A stretch of 62,099 bases of DNA, counting the filler, from Streblomastix strix (Eukaryota), in the NCBI GenBank assembly GCA_008636045.1. It is 4 parts of 4 records of this genome, joined end to end, with 100 filler letters (N's around TTAATTAATTAA, not from the genome) between each part and the next. Parts side by side here need not be neighbours in the genome. Positions count along the whole stretch, not along the records: positions 31,108 to 46,558 come from SNRW01000983.1; positions 46,659 to 62,099 come from SNRW01000984.1; 2 more parts are not named here. One strand, written 5' to 3'. Below are positions 36,205 to 50,715 of the stretch, one piece after another. The notes below the pieces were generated by a model. That model saw only the letters and a list, made by a program, of their open reading frames with translations, was not told the origin of the DNA and did no database searches. Position 1 is the first letter of the stretch. Every line of letters starts with the position of its first letter. The translations under genes were made by a program, and so were the position numbers.

Positions 36205-38150
36205 ATGTCATTCAAATCTAGTGATTATCTAGCCCATTTGCAAAAAACGTAACACTCTGATAACGTAGCGGGTTACACGTAATTAGGTGAAGTATTAAAA
36301 ACATTAACTATTCATGCTGGATCATTTTCAATTTCCAAGCAATAATTCACCGATTAACCAGTAAATGTACTAATATCTAGTGGAGTAAAATATACTAGAG
36401 CACCATTAGGAGCAAAGGGATTAGCCACCTGTTCAATGGGACAAATATGCTAAGTAAATTGGACAATTACCATTCCTATAAATATTTTAGCAATATAATT
36501 GAATGAAATAAATCTTGAAGATAGTGAATATAATAAGAGAATTAACTTCAATGGACTAGACGATTCATAAGCTCCGATGGCAAAAGGTATGACATAAGCT
36601 GAATAAAAATATTATAGAAAAACAGCAGAAGGAGAAGAGAAATCTGAGCAATTACGTTTTTGGCTTGGATTCTCAACTGCATGTGGGCCATTTCACTAAT
36701 TTCAATTGATGCTTGATGCCATTGCATTATGGAGTACTTCTATATATGCAAGAGAATAAGCTGCTATTAGTTCTAATTCATTGAGTGATTTGTGTACTAG
36801 CAATAGCGTTAGTGTCTCTCCATTTGAAAGCATCATTAATGGTAAACGTCATTGTGGAATATTTATTGAAATTCTTCTATCTGATATTGATGAATAATCA
36901 GCTACAACTCCTTGGTATTTTAAAATTCCATATGATATTACATTTAGTGGTGTTCTTGATCTTAACTAATTAAATCCAATCCTTAACTCATTTCCTGTTC
37001 TTACTCGGAATTATGCTTAACTTCATCTATAGCTCTGGATATAAGATTATTGATAGGATTTGAAGATAGTTTGGCTTAATAAAACTGATGCTGTAAAAAA
37101 TAAACACTTAGCTTATCATATGATTCCACCTGAGAAACCGGATATAGTATATCTATTAGCTGAACCAACTGCTTAAGCAGTATTAGCATATAAGAAATTT
37201 AATGTACGAATAGTCAACATGTAAAATACTTCATTAGGTAATAGATTGCCATAGAATAGTATCAGTTAAATTAATAATGCACAATTTGAAAAATTAGAGA
37301 TATAGAATATATGCTTTAATGTTGAAAATGAAGATGCAATAATTAATATGATTAGAGTGTAAAGAATAGTTAATTTTCCAACCTAAGTATTTTGATCTTA
37401 ATCATCAAATTTTCCATTTAGTGGTTTTGGATCAAGTGGAGCTATGTAAAGTATTATGTCATTCTCTAATATTAAATCACTATTAATGACGTTTGTCATG
37501 TCATAGTAACCAACATGGTTTTATCTAATATTACTTAATGATTTTGTTTTAATTATTTATTAACTGCACGTTATTCCTGCACTATATGAAGCATTGACGC
37601 AAACCGTTAATGGACTAATGTTTGATTGTTTCGTTGATTAAGATGTCGTTAGTGCTCCATCAGATTTGTATCATTCATTTACATTTGAAAATTTCAATTG
37701 TACTGATAGAACTGGTGGCTTTTATGGGAAAGATAGTGTCAATGTATTCCATACGTCTACACTATTTGAAGGGACAAAAGAATCCAAAACACTACATCCT
37801 AACAAATATATGCTTGCATGGAAATTAGCTACTGATGATTCATTTATGTGTGGCAATAATTCTTCAAAATTAGGTGCTAGAACTAATATATAAGTTATTT
37901 TACATAGTAATTTTACTAAAGGAATATTAGTTAATACAGATACGAATAAAGATTAGAATTAAAATGATTTAAAACAATTTATTGCTTTGGGAAGTTATCC
38001 TGATCCAACTGAAGCATCCATTACTCCAATTATGCATTATCTATGCGATGCATTTATGCGAATTACATTTGATAATAATTCTGATCCATAAGTGTTGAAT
38101 ATCGATGTAATTGGTGAGCTTGCTGGTAGTGCGATTAATGCTGGTTGGTT
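36205..38150 (+). pseudogene. Major capsid protein, copy C (internal TGA, stop mutated)
   Basis: Colinear with 8456-10399. Confidence 0.75.
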
Positions 38151-38168
38151 ACAAAAATAATTATTTTT

Positions 38169-38294
38169 TCATTTGCATATCTTTGATTCACACACATATT
38201 TGATTACTGCTTCCCAAATTGTCTTAAAGATAGAATGCCAATTAATGTTCAATTAATCTAAAGCGTAAATAATTGTCTTATTAAACCCATCCAT
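38169..38294 (-). CDS. 41-aa micro-ORF, copy C
   Basis: MDGFNKTIIYALDQLNINWHSIFKTIWEAVIKYVCESKICK. Confidence 0.6.
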
Positions 38295-38314
38295 TTGTTT
38301 ATTTTTGAATTGAT

Positions 38315-39072
38315 TAACTAGCTGACTAATTATGAATTGCATATGAATCACAAACTTAAACACAAAAGTAATCAGGTAAATGAAGCTAACACATCGTTTT
38401 AATTATAACATTACCATTAGGATTAATATAGCAATCAATAGCAATTGCACCAATCCAATCTATTGGATAACAATATACGGTTTACGCAAACATAACTACA
38501 TTTAATGGTATGTTACTTGGTGTTCCAATGAACTTTGGTTTTATAGCACTATCAACGATTGAGAATAAAGTATATCCATCGTAATGTACTGTATCGGGAT
38601 CAGAGTGAGCCATGAACAATGATATATATACTCTACTATTTTAAGTTGATAATGTATCCCATATTCGTTACTCATACATTCCATATGCAATTGCTGAATA
38701 ATGTGCATTTTCAATTGGTTCATAGGATAATTAATCTATATCTATAGTATCTCCATTAGCAAATAGGATTTAGTTATTTGTTCCTCCTTATTTAACAATT
38801 TTACTAGCAGTGATGGGTTATAAAAATGTCTTGATTCCTCTAATCATCTAGTCTGTATGTAGATTAACAAAATCGATAGAATTCCTAAAGAATTAACTCA
38901 AATAATTAAAATACTTTATTATTTCTTAATCAATGATTTATAATAATGTATTTCGTTCTTTAATTTATTTTTATTATTATTTCTACAGTTGTTTTAATTT
39001 AATTGCCTATTCTTATTACATAGATTATTCTTCTTCATCAATCATATCTAAATCACTTAATTATTGATCCAT
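38315..39072 (-). CDS. Short fibre-like protein, copy C
   Basis: DFVNLHTDQMIRGIKTF..IVKQGGTNNQILFANG; ortholog of 10571-11340; 3' end approximate. Confidence 0.6.
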
Positions 39073-39096
39073 TTTTATAACAAAAATAATCGTTCA

Positions 39097-39534
39097 TCAA
39101 ACGTAGTACTATATACAATTAACTTCATTTTTATCTTCGCATTAACCGTACTAATTGAATTTTGTTTGTTCTTATATTTATTTAATTGCTTGTTTCATTT
39201 CATAAAATTTAGTTGCTTCTGCTTCAGTAAAGTTAAGTATTGGAAAATGAGAAATGCTATCACTAAGTTCTTTCATCTATTATGTATACTGTTTAATTGT
39301 TTCTTCAATATGTTCATTATTTATTTATTCGATCATTATGCAAATTGCATTTGGAATCTATTGACTATTTCCATAACGCTATAATAATTTATAGTATGGT
39401 TTATTATATTAATTTATTGTTCGTTAATAGAAATCATCATTACATTAATATATTTGTTCAACACATATTTCCTTTGCAATATTTTAAGGTTTCACAAGCA
39501 ATTTTACTCTAACGATTTTGGATTGTGAAAGCAT
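39097..39534 (-). CDS. 145-aa orphan ORF occupying the slot held by HNH-2 in copy A
   Basis: Intact code-6 ORF MLSQSKIVRVKLLVKPQNIAKEICVEQIYQC...EVNCIQYYV. Confidence 0.6.
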
Positions 39535-39592
39535 TAATGTAATAAGTAAAATTAAATAATTAGTAAAAAAAAATAGATTGCTAAAACAATTA

Positions 39593-40289
39593 TCAAAAAT
39601 CATTATCGATAATCTCTATCTCAGGTTCGTCAGATAAACGAACAAAGTCACAATTTACTCGATACAATTTCTCAATTGAATTGTAGAGCATATTATCCAA
39701 TACTTTAACTGATACATTTTTAATTAATATATCCATCACGCGAATCAAATCCTACTTTTTATATGACTTGTTTATACATGAGCGGGATCGCATTAATGGT
39801 TCTTCAAATACAATTTCAAAATCATCTCCATTTTCTTAATTGATTAATGACCAAAGTTTAATGAAATTATCTGATGAAAATATGAAATCATCTCCTCTTT
39901 TTCTTGTAGTGATTGTCGCCCACAATTTATCAAAAATGAATTTCATTACCATCGGATTAGGATGTGAAAGATAAGTATTTTTAACTACTTCCTCTGGTTC
40001 AAACTTAAGCAGTTGTTCTTTCAATTTATTTATATTTATCTTTATTATATTTACTCTTATAATTAGTAATTTTTTATTCTTTAAGGATCAATTACTCAGA
40101 TGTTGATGTAATAATTTCATTTTCGGTTTATTTTTCATTTTCTTTTGGGTTAGCATTTATGCCGTCAATGGAGTTGGTAATCGTTTTATAAATTGCAGGC
40201 ATTGATTTTATATGACTAATTGCTTCATCGATCAATTTCAATCTTATTTTATCTTCATCAATTAATTCTTTATGTTTAATCTCAGACAT
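39593..40289 (-). CDS. Viral hypothetical protein, ortholog of 11953-12620
   Basis: Nucleotide similarity to copy A. Confidence 0.6.
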
Positions 40290-40366
40290 TTATATTTTAG
40301 ATTTTGACATGCGAATTTAGTTTCTTTCTATGTCTTTTATCATTTTCTTAATTTAAAATTATTCAT

Positions 40367-40984
40367 ATGGACTTTCAAAACGCATTGAAGAATTTAATAG
40401 AGAATGGAACAAATATTGAATACTTTGACAACGGATATGTCATCCAAATTAATAAAGATATTAAAGTGTTCGAAGAAGGAAAAAAGACACTTAAAAAATT
40501 AACTTAAACATAGTAGAATAAATTATTATTATAAGCCAGAGGTGGTGCTGCTCCAAAGAAAAATGTTTAAAAAGCATATTAAAAATAAATTGAAGATGAA
40601 GATTTTATATCTTATGAACAAGAAGATGAATAAAATGAAAGTGATGATTCCATAAGTGAAATACGAGAAAAACCATTAAAGAAATAAATTAGAAAAAGAG
40701 TAGTAAAAATATAAAAAACTCCATAAATTAATTATACTAATCCACTACTTGATTTAGAAGAATTAATCAAATTATGGATAGAAAATTCATTTATTAAGCA
40801 ATAGCATTAAGATGCTATCAAACAAATAGAGAAATATAAATTAAAAGCAAAACGAAACAAATAATCAAAATAGATAGTTGAAAAGGAAGAGCCATAACAA
40901 GTTTAACACGAACCATAATAAATCATTCAAGAACAGCTCCAAGAAGAACAGTAATAAGACTACAATGATTTTGATTTATATTGA
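40367..40984 (+). CDS. Viral hypothetical protein, ortholog of 12698-13316
   Basis: Nucleotide similarity to copy A. Confidence 0.6.
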
Positions 40985-41084
40985 TTGATATGAGTTAATC
41001 CTCAATAATTTATTTTTAATAATTAATTAACATCTATGATGCCAGCACCTTTGGTGTTAGCATTGCTTATAAGAATGTTCGCAA

Positions 41085-41302
41085 TAAGTTCAAAACCATA
41101 TTTATTATAATCAATTTATTCACATTTGTTCTATTTCATCAATTTGTACATTTTCCTATGATTAATGGTACCATACCTATGTATGTGCTTCCGCTCTAGG
41201 GATTTTCGCAAATTGACGAAAAAAGTTCAAAATCGCTGGTAATTTGATTATAATAAATACGATTTGAACTTACCCCAAACTTCTTCTTTCTATACTATTA
41301 CT
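41085..41302. repeat. Right terminal hairpin and terminus of copy C
   Basis: Homolog of 13884-14096 retaining the inverted-repeat structure. Confidence 0.8.
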
Positions 41303-41459
41303 ATTTATTTCAGAGCATTATTAGAAACTGAATATAGATATTTTATTTTGACAATCAGAAAGAAATTGATATTCACATTTGAAGAATGATTTTTATTGTT
41401 TGAATATAAAAGAGAAAAAATATGGATATCATCATAAAATAAACAATTATTATTATTTC

Positions 41460-42097
41460 ATTATAATAATCATTTTAATAATACAGCGAAATACAATTTT
41501 TTTTCTTCTCATTTCTTCTTTCAATTATTTGATTTCATCATCTTTTTCTTTTTCTTTGTTTACAATTTCTTCCTAATTGTTTTGATCCAATTTTTGAGCT
41601 CTTTCTTGTTATTCTAATTTATCTGCTATTTCTTATCTGAGATCAAATTCAGCTTTCTTCTTCTCCTTTTATTTTTCAATTAACCTCTTTTCAAGTTCTT
41701 CGCTGTTCTGGATCTGAATTTTAAGTTCTTTTTTCTCTTTTCTTTCTTTAACTGCTGATTCTTTTTCTTCTTTTGCTGATTTCTCTGCTTTTAAGCATTG
41801 CTAATTTTCATCTCTGAGCTGAGCTTTCAGAGTTCTTATTTCTTCACCACATTTAGATTCAACTTCGCATTTTTCTTTCCTTAGTTACTCGTTTTCTGCA
41901 CGAAGAGCGCGATTTAATGACAATATTGCGTCATTCTTTTGAGTTATTATATGAAAGAAATTATATAAATAATAATATTTAGAAAAAAAAATTTAAAAAT
42001 AAAAAAAAATTTATACATCTGGAATAATTGTTAGATTTCCTGGAATATCAACTGAAAGGGTAGATTAATCAGAAATTTTCTTAGGATCAATACTCAT
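41460..42097 (-). CDS. Host coiled-coil protein with an intron
   Basis: MSIDPKKISDQSTLSVDIPGNLTIIPD, AT-rich GT-initiated intron, then K/E-rich heptads (LNRALRAENEQLRKEK...). Confidence 0.5.
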
Positions 42098-43329
42098 TTT
42101 TGTTTCTGAAGTTATACGATATAAAAATAAAATAAATAAATGAATAATTAACTTGTATTGAAGGTTCTTTTGCTTATTTTTAAAAATAAAAATTCAAATT
42201 AAAAAAATAGAGTGTTCAATGGGATTAATCTTTCAATAATTACAAATTAATTAAATAAAATGTTGAAACTAAAAATTTTTGGATATATCAAGTCGATTAA
42301 CAGAAGGTTTAGATTATAATCAGCAGAATAAAAATTTATATTAAAAATATTATTAAAAGCGCCTAAGAAATTGAAAATAAATAATAAAAGTAGTAGAAAC
42401 CGCGTGCAAAAATAAAAATTAACTGATGCAAATACATTGATACAATTCAATCACTGAGTGTGTGGGAAAAAGCAGCACTATTTAACAGGAAAAAAACAGC
42501 GATACAAAACGTTAATACATATAAAAGATTCTAACTTATAGAATTCATAATTATAATTTGCTTATAATAATTTAATTTCTATTTTAAATATAATTATAAT
42601 CAATTTATCGCTACAGAAGAAAAGTTCAATTTATTAAGTTTAATGTTTTTGCAAATCTAATATTTAAATAAAATTTTACAGATATTTATATTTTACACGC
42701 AATTGTTCTAAAAAATATATTTTTTATTAATCAATAATAGCTTTAAATAACAATAAACTTTTTTTATTTTAAAAATCACTGAGTTTCATAAGAACCTAAT
42801 TGTTAAATTGTGATTAGATATTTATTTTAATTTAATGATTTTTTAACTATGTTAATTTTGATCTCCAATTTATAATAATAATCTCAAAAGATTATTAAAC
42901 AATAAATTTATAAAATACCAAAGTGCTTTTTCTCATTTTTTTTGTATTCTTATTTAATTTTTTATTTATTTTAATATTTTTTAAAAGAAGAACACATTTA
43001 AAAATATTTTCTTTATTTATTTCAAACATTTTTTCATTAATCACTAAATAAATTTCCACTTTTTGTTATCTTTTTATCTAATTTATTTCATTTTTTTTTT
43101 TAATTTGCATTAATTAGATCCAGAATTATAAAATTCTCTCTCAAAAATGAATTTTCATATAATAATTTGTACCAATTTCTTGATTTTATTTATAAATTTT
43201 TATTTACTCTTTCTAATTATTAATGATTTTTTTCTTTTAAACAAATAAAATAAATATCATTATATTTTTTTTTTTATTTTTTATTTTATTTTTAAAATTT
43301 AATTACAATAGAATATTTGTGGTTTTGTG

Positions 43330-45650
43330 GTGAAATGGAAGGAAGACATTAATATAAATGAATTAAAAGAACTTTTCACTCATTTTGTTTAAATTGATTT
43401 GATTATAGAGAAATAAAGAAGCGAAAATAAAATTAAGAATTTGCTAGTTTTATTTCTGAAGAAGCAACAATAAAATGCAAATAAAGAAAAAGAAGGAAGC
43501 ATAGTTTCAAATTAAGTTATTGAACTGGAAACCATTAGACAATTAATATAACATTCTCAACTGACAGACCCTAATATCTAACATGAAATACATTCAAATT
43601 CTTAATCTATTTCAAATCAAAAACTTCTAATTTAGAATGATTAAAGTAATCGTTTTATCACAAATCAAACTGAACCTATTTAAATATCATAATTAATACC
43701 ATATCCTAATCAGCTATTATAGAATGATTAAAATAAACTAATCAAAATTAATAAACCAAAACATATATCGATTTCTAAAACAATTTCAAAACATTTACAA
43801 TAAATGCAAAATAATTTAAATTTGTAATTCATCTCAAATCATCTCAATCCAGTTTCAATTTCTGATCCAACTTAAAATCTTAAATTGTTAACATTAATTG
43901 ACAGAACCAAGTTCTTCTTCACAAATATAAGTCCATAAGCGACTTCTAATGAATTAATTGATCTATTTTCGTGATATAATCCAACACATTGTTCTATTCT
44001 ATAGAAAAAGTTTGAAGAAATGTAGAATTAATCTGATTATAGGTTTGCTGATTTTACAAATGAAATAGATGTTAGTCATTCAATCTGTGATTTGAATTAC
44101 TTTAAATTTTAAGGATATAAACTTGATATCGAATTCTGCTACAAACCATAAATTCAACCAAAACAACAGAATCATTTTAATTTGAATTCTCCAATATAAT
44201 CATCAAGTAATTAATTTCAATAACAATTTTATCCTAAATAAAAGCTACTTAATTTTCCTTCTTCATTAACATATTAACAACCATAATAATAATATCAGTA
44301 AAAATAATTCTACATTCATTCTCTTTAATCTCAAAAATAAAATATCATCCGAAAATATCATCAAATTCTTGAAATGTTTCATCATTATAAATATCACTAT
44401 CTAATACAATCATTGTTCATATAATGGATTAGTAACTGCATCAATCTAGTTCATTGATGAAAATACAGCATATAATTCATATTAATTTGATTATAATTCA
44501 ATATTATAAGGAAATATAATTTCATCTGATATTGGATTAGAAACTCTTTAGCTTAACATTTAACATCTCAAGATTAACCATAATAATAAATAATCACATC
44601 ATAAACTCAAAGTTATTTAAAAAGCAGAACAAAAATCTAATAAAAAAGATAAAAGAATTCTTATTATTCGAAATCTGAGTCTAAATACCACAAATAAATC
44701 GTTGATGAAAGTCTTTCTGGTTTTGATGTAATAGAAGATTAAATTCCAGGAAATTAGCCAGAAAACAGACCAAGATTTTTGATTTGCATCCTTCAGAACT
44801 AAAAATGAAGCTAAAAGAGTTAAGGAAAGACTAAATGGAAGGAGCATTGATGGATGAATTGTTTAGATTTTAAAAAGAAATACTAATGATTAAGAAGTAA
44901 ATATCAGAAGAGTTAATAATCATTTACAAACAAAAGTGAATAAATAATCTCATCTAATTGTAATTAATTAATCATAAACAAAAATAAACAATAATAATCT
45001 TCAATGAAAAAGAAAAATAATTCTAAATCCAAATCAATAATAAATTCCCAGATTATCCATTTTAATTGAAAATCTCAATCCAGAAACAACTTAAAGTTCT
45101 CCTATGGAATTATTAGCTCCTTTCAAACCTACAAATTGTATATTTCTTCGAATCAGTTATAAACCAATCTTAAATGTGGATTAATTAACTTCCCTATTCA
45201 AAATGATGCTAAATGTGTAATAACTATTTATAAAGGAAAGGAAATTAATGAATCGAAAGTAAAAGTCAAATAAAATAATAGCCTTGAAAAGAAACAGATA
45301 AATCATAAAATGAATATAAAATAGTCAGATGTTAATGATATATTTGAAAAAGATAATAAAAGTTTCAAAAATGAATAAAGATAAGAAAGTTAGAAATAAG
45401 AATAAATAAAATTCACAATAAATAAATAAATAAATAAATTTGAATAGATAATAAAAACTATTAAATTAATAAAGTAAAAAAAAATAATTCTAATAATAAG
45501 ATGAAGATGATGATGATGATGATGAAAATGAATATAGCAGTAATAGTGATTAAGATTCTGAAGATAATAAAAATGATTTTTCATCAAATTATCTTCCTGA
45601 TAATCAAATTTCACTGGAATATCAGGTATAAATTTCATTATAATTGAATA
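43330..45650 (+). pseudogene. Host Gln-rich multi-RRM protein, disrupted
   Basis: RILIIRNLSLNTTNKSL...FASFRTKNEAKRVKERLNGRSIDG and LIENLNPETTQ RRM-like segments; in-frame TGAs. Confidence 0.55.
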
Positions 45651-46558
45651 AATTATTGAAAATCAAATATTTCTTTAATTATTTAATCATTAATTTAAAA
45701 TAATTTCTTATATTCATTAATAATTTATAACTATCTTTTTCACTATCAATTATCATTATAGTTCACATCCTCTGAGCTTGAAGATATTAACTTTATCTGT
45801 GATTAAACTGGAATAAGTAAAAGTAATGCAATTGTAATTTATTTGTCTAATGATAAAGACATTATAAAAACAATCAGTGAATATTACATTAACATCCCTC
45901 AATGAAACTTTTTCTGTTTCTTTCTAATTATTTAATTTATTTAGTTAATTTTTATTATTTCATAAGAAAGTTGTTTTTATTTAGACTTATTTTATCGCTT
46001 TCTATAATCACATACGCATAAAATGAGGTGTTACAATAAAAATGAATATATTTTATTTCTGATATTCGATTTTTTATTTATTTATTTGATAATAAATGTT
46101 TTTATATAAAAATTAATATCATATTTAAAGAAATGAAGTGAAAATAAAAAACAATATAAGTAGAATTAATTAAAATTAGTAATTTTCTTTATTATCTTCA
46201 AATTCATTATATTAATCATTATTTCTTTCTTTATTATCTGAAATTAAGTTGTCTTTAATTATATGATTTAATCTCGATAATGATTGTTATTGTAATTATG
46301 GATTATTTGAAATTCTGTTTATAAGCGAATATGATGGAGAATTATTTAAATTCAAATTCAAATATGAATTATTACTAATTGAATTTGATGAAATTTGTTT
46401 CAATTTTTATTTATTATGTCCAAATGTTGATTCAATACGATTTGAGAGAAGCGACAGTTACTATTAAACAGAATTCGATTTTGATTATGAAATTCTATTT
46501 GGAGAATAAATCAGTTATTGTAATGATAATGATAAAGAAGAAGGAGATTAAATAGAAA

Positions 46559-46658
46559 NNNNNNNNNNNNNNNNNNNNNNNNNNNNNNNNNNNNNNNNNN
46601 NNTTAATTAATTAANNNNNNNNNNNNNNNNNNNNNNNNNNNNNNNNNNNNNNNNNNNN
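46559..46658. other. Artificial contig linker
   Basis: N44-TTAATTAATTAA-N44. Confidence 0.98.
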
Positions 46659-46685
46659 AAAGAAAATTAAAATTTATACTATAAA

Positions 46686-48010
46686 ATGAACAGAAATCAA
46701 AATCATACTGCTTTTTCTACTGAACAACCGTATTTGCCAATTTTCTTATCTGATGAACAATTTGCATTCAGAAAAACTCATATAAGAAATAAATCAATTT
46801 CAAACAAACAAACATAAATTCCACTAATTTAGTCATTGCTGTCTTCATCATAATAATCTGACTAATAATCAGAAGAGATTTAAATAATAAAATATAAATT
46901 TTATGAAAGTCGATATTTTGAAAGAGGATCTCTTTCTTCATTAGGATGGCGTATGATTGAAATTGGATTCAGTCCCTGTTTTAATCCAGATAATATCTTT
47001 TATCCTGTTAATGACACTCAAATGAATATCGATTAGCAGAAAGATTAGTAACAGAACAGTTTGAATATTACAAATGAATAACTTTTATAATATTTCATTT
47101 AACCAATAAATTATCTTATGAATACAGAAACATCTTTATAATTGAATAATTAATCAATTGATAAAGATACTTTTACTCCTTCTATTCCAATACCACCTCA
47201 AATAACAAATATTTAATAATTAATACTTCCACAATCAACTTCAGTTTCTGCTCTTGCATTTCATTCAATACGATTAGCTTAATTTCTTCAATACATTTCA
47301 TAACATTCTGCTTCACTTCAATGGATTAGATTTGCTCGTTTAATTTGCGTCAAATCAAAACTTGATTCACTTGCAGCTCTGACAAGTTTAGCAGCTTCAG
47401 AAATATTTCATAGTTTGAGATAGCCAGAAAGGGGAATCTTAGTTTTATTAAATCCAAATTATATTCCAATTCTTATTCGTGGAAGATTAAGATCACTGAG
47501 AAAAATTAAAAATGAAGAAGAAATACAATCAATTACAACCAAATCACCATTTATAGACACTCTTCAAATATCACAATTAATGTCATTTGCATCAATAAGA
47601 ACTAATCTCTAAATTGGAAGATGCCTGTCATAGATAGCGGGTGAAGTGGAATTGAAACAAGAATCAAAGATTTCTATTAAAGGACTTATGAATCAACCAA
47701 TGAGTTGCATTTAACTGAGATAATAGAGTCTTGAATATCTGCTTCATGCTCGATCTGAATGTGAGATGATTGAATTTGCTGTAGATAATGAGAAAGATAA
47801 GGAAGAAGGAGATGGATTTGATGGCCATTCACTTGAATATCAACTATTATGTTGTGAAAAACATACATGCACTAAGCTTTGGAGGGATATACACTTTGAA
47901 TTGGCATAAATCTATGAGAAACTGGAGCGGAAAGAGGAGCGAAATGATGCTGCCAAAGAATTTATTAGAGCTGACACTACTTTCATTGGACTCGTTTAAT
48001 GACTAGTAAA
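46686..48010 (+). CDS. Host protein 3' fragment, helical/TPR-like C-terminus
   Basis: Long code-6 coding stretch ending GGDIHFELAQIYEKLERKEERNDAAKEFIRAD; no family recognised. Confidence 0.4.
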
Positions 48011-48487
48011 CTAAAAATATTATAATAAATAAATATATTGGTAAATTTAATAATAGTTTAATAGTATTTAAATATCTGGATAGTTAATTTGGAAATCCCA
48101 CTATTTTATTTTTCTCCCACTAATTAAAAACAAACTGTTTGTATAGATGAATTGCGATCACATTTTTTAAAACTATTTCAATACTATTAACAATAATATA
48201 ATTAATGATGTGCTGACCTTGAACGATTAAATTATCAATTAAAACTTAATTCTAGCAAGAAATTGATTATTAAACAATTTAAATTTATATCCAATAAATA
48301 TTAAATTGTTATTAATATAAAATCAAAATGTTATAAACATATATTTAAACTAAATTTAGATCATTTGTAATTTTTTCGAATCAATTCTCAAATTATCTCC
48401 TGCAAATACTATTTTTTTCGTAATTTTACGTTATTTGTTTGATAATTTTTATTTTATCTCTTGATATGCTGCTTGTTGTTCAGATTG

Positions 48488-50137
48488 ATGAAAATATTAT
48501 TAGTACGAACATATTTGCCTTTCACATTAGAGGAAATCAACTGGTGTTATCAGTATGCAATATTTTATTTGATAATAATGTAAATATCCCTTACCTTTCA
48601 GACCTTGTATTGAATCCGCAGGACAATCAGACAACTTTAAGATTGTTAGAGATGAAAAAATCCTTCACGAAGATGGAGAAACTGAAACTATACATGAAAA
48701 AGTTTTTAATAATTTTTTTGTTATATTGATTACATTTATTCTCATTTTTAAATCCAGATTCTCGAATATACCTCATACATACCATGGGGTATTAAGCCTC
48801 TATTCCCAAAAAATGCTGCAATACTTCACGAGGAGATTCATATGAAAGGATTTCACAAAATTGTGAAGCATACATCTGATTGGTTGAAAGACGATTTTAT
48901 ATTTTGCACTGAAACACATTTCGTGGCTGGTAGATAGTAAGGATATAATGTATGCAGATATTCTTTATATCGTTTTATTATTGTTATATAATTATTAATA
49001 TTTTTACAAATATATTTTCCTATTTAATTATATTCATTATCCATTCCATATATTTATTGATAATAATAGTTGGATTTATTTTAATTAACGGAAGAAGAAA
49101 AGAAACAAATTAAATATGAAGAATTTGATATTGGAGAGCGAGTAGCTAAGGATATGAAAAGCTTCAAAACAAAAGCAGATCCAAATGTGTTTGTATCCAG
49201 TGTTACAGGTAGAGGACCACTATTCCTCAATTGGTATGATAATATCGATGCAATGAAAAAAGATGAATTAGATACGAAGAGTAGATATGTTGAAGGACCT
49301 GTTCCATTTGACCAGACCCCAGTTGTGACAGAATATAGACTTATTAGATTCAAATTCAAATGGACTGGTCTATAGACAATTGTTGAACATTTCGCACCTG
49401 GTGTTTTACACACGATTGTTGGAAATTGTCACAGGTAAGCATTCTGTGATAACGACAATGTTCTTAGAAAGTTCTATTCATAAAAGAAGTATCCAATATT
49501 TGGTGCTGAAGCAGCATAATAGAAACTAAAACATACTTTGTAATTAAAATAAGAATAGGAATAAATGGAAAAAGAATAAAAGAAGAAGAAGAAGCAGAAC
49601 AAGAAAGAAATCAAATAAATTGAAGAAACGAAAGAAGATTAAAAATTGATTGAAAAAAGAAGTTCAATGGAAGAGAAGGAAAATTAAGGAGAATATACGA
49701 ATGAAAAAGAAGATACGAATGAAAAAGAAAATATGAATGAAAAAGAAAATATGAATGAAAAAGAAAATATGAATGTGAAAGATGATATGAATGTGAAAGA
49801 TGATATGAATGTGAAAGATGATACGAATGTGAAAGATGATATGGATGAGAAAGAAGATATGGATGAGAAAGAAGATACTAATGAAATATAAGACAGGAAA
49901 GAAGATATAAATTAAAAGGAAGACAAGAAAAAAGATACTAATTTAAAGGAAGACAATAAAGAAGATATGAATGAACAAGAAAAGGAGAAAGAATAAGAAA
50001 TGGATTAGAAGATTGAAAATGATAGAGTTAAGAAGAAAGAAAAAAGGCAAGTGAGAAAAATTAAAAAGATGGATAAAGATGTAAATGTAGATATAGACAC
50101 ATAAAAAATTGAAGATTCAAAAAAAATTGATTAATGA
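48488..50137 (+). CDS. Host phosphatidylinositol transfer protein (PITP family), multi-exon, with acidic repeat tail
   Basis: MKILLVRTYLPFTLEE; YIPWGIKPLFPKNAAILHEE; DPNVFVSSVTGRGPL; YRLIRFKFKWTGLQTIVE; CHRQAFC match PITP signature blocks. Confidence 0.8.
49690..49980 (+). repeat. 18-bp coding minisatellite (D/N-M/T-N-E/V-K-E/D hexapeptide)
   Basis: GATACGAATGAAAAAGAA / AATATGAATGAAAAAGAA / GATATGAATGTGAAAGAT units. Confidence 0.85.
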
Positions 50138-50715
50138 GTTGCTTTTATATTAATAGTTATTTTTGTACTTCAAGTTATTTGATATTTATATAGTTTATTT
50201 ATTTTTATTTCATTTCTTCCATAGCCAAAATTATATATAGTTAAATAGCTACATTTTATTTAATAAATAACCTAACACTATTTCAAATATTTAAACAATC
50301 ATTCCAACCTTATATAATTCTTTTCAAATGATGAATAAAAATTTTCAATTAATTATTAGAAATTTTGTTATCATGCAACTGCTGAAAACGAAAAATGAAG
50401 ATTTTAGATTATTCAACTTTTGGAAATAATTGATATTTATTATAATAAATTAAAAAAAAATTAAAAAAATGTCCCAAATCCAAAAAATGGATTCTGATAT
50501 TTAACGAATATTGGAATTATTAGCAGAAAAAGAAAAGAAAATCTTGCGTCTGAAAGAAGTTTAATCTGATGTAATTAATTTGACTAAGCAAGTCAAAAAA
50601 AAACGCTCCAAAAGATGTTCAGATCTAACAGAACATGGTTCTAGAAGCTGCATCACATAACTCTCCTGTTTAAGTGAAATAGTAAACAATTCTTCTCCAT
50701 AACAAATATAATATT

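Larger units (their letters stand above)
31200..41302. mobile_element. Endogenous Polinton-like virus, copy C (same family as copy A, right half)
   Basis: Gene-by-gene nucleotide similarity and synteny with 3480-14096; ends TTCTATACTATTACT. Confidence 0.9.

Noticed and set aside
49690..49980. Regular repeats here, at 2990-3064 and in the fibre genes as possible CRISPR arrays
   Set aside because: Head-to-tail or codon-degenerate coding repeats without unique spacers; eukaryotic context, no cas genes
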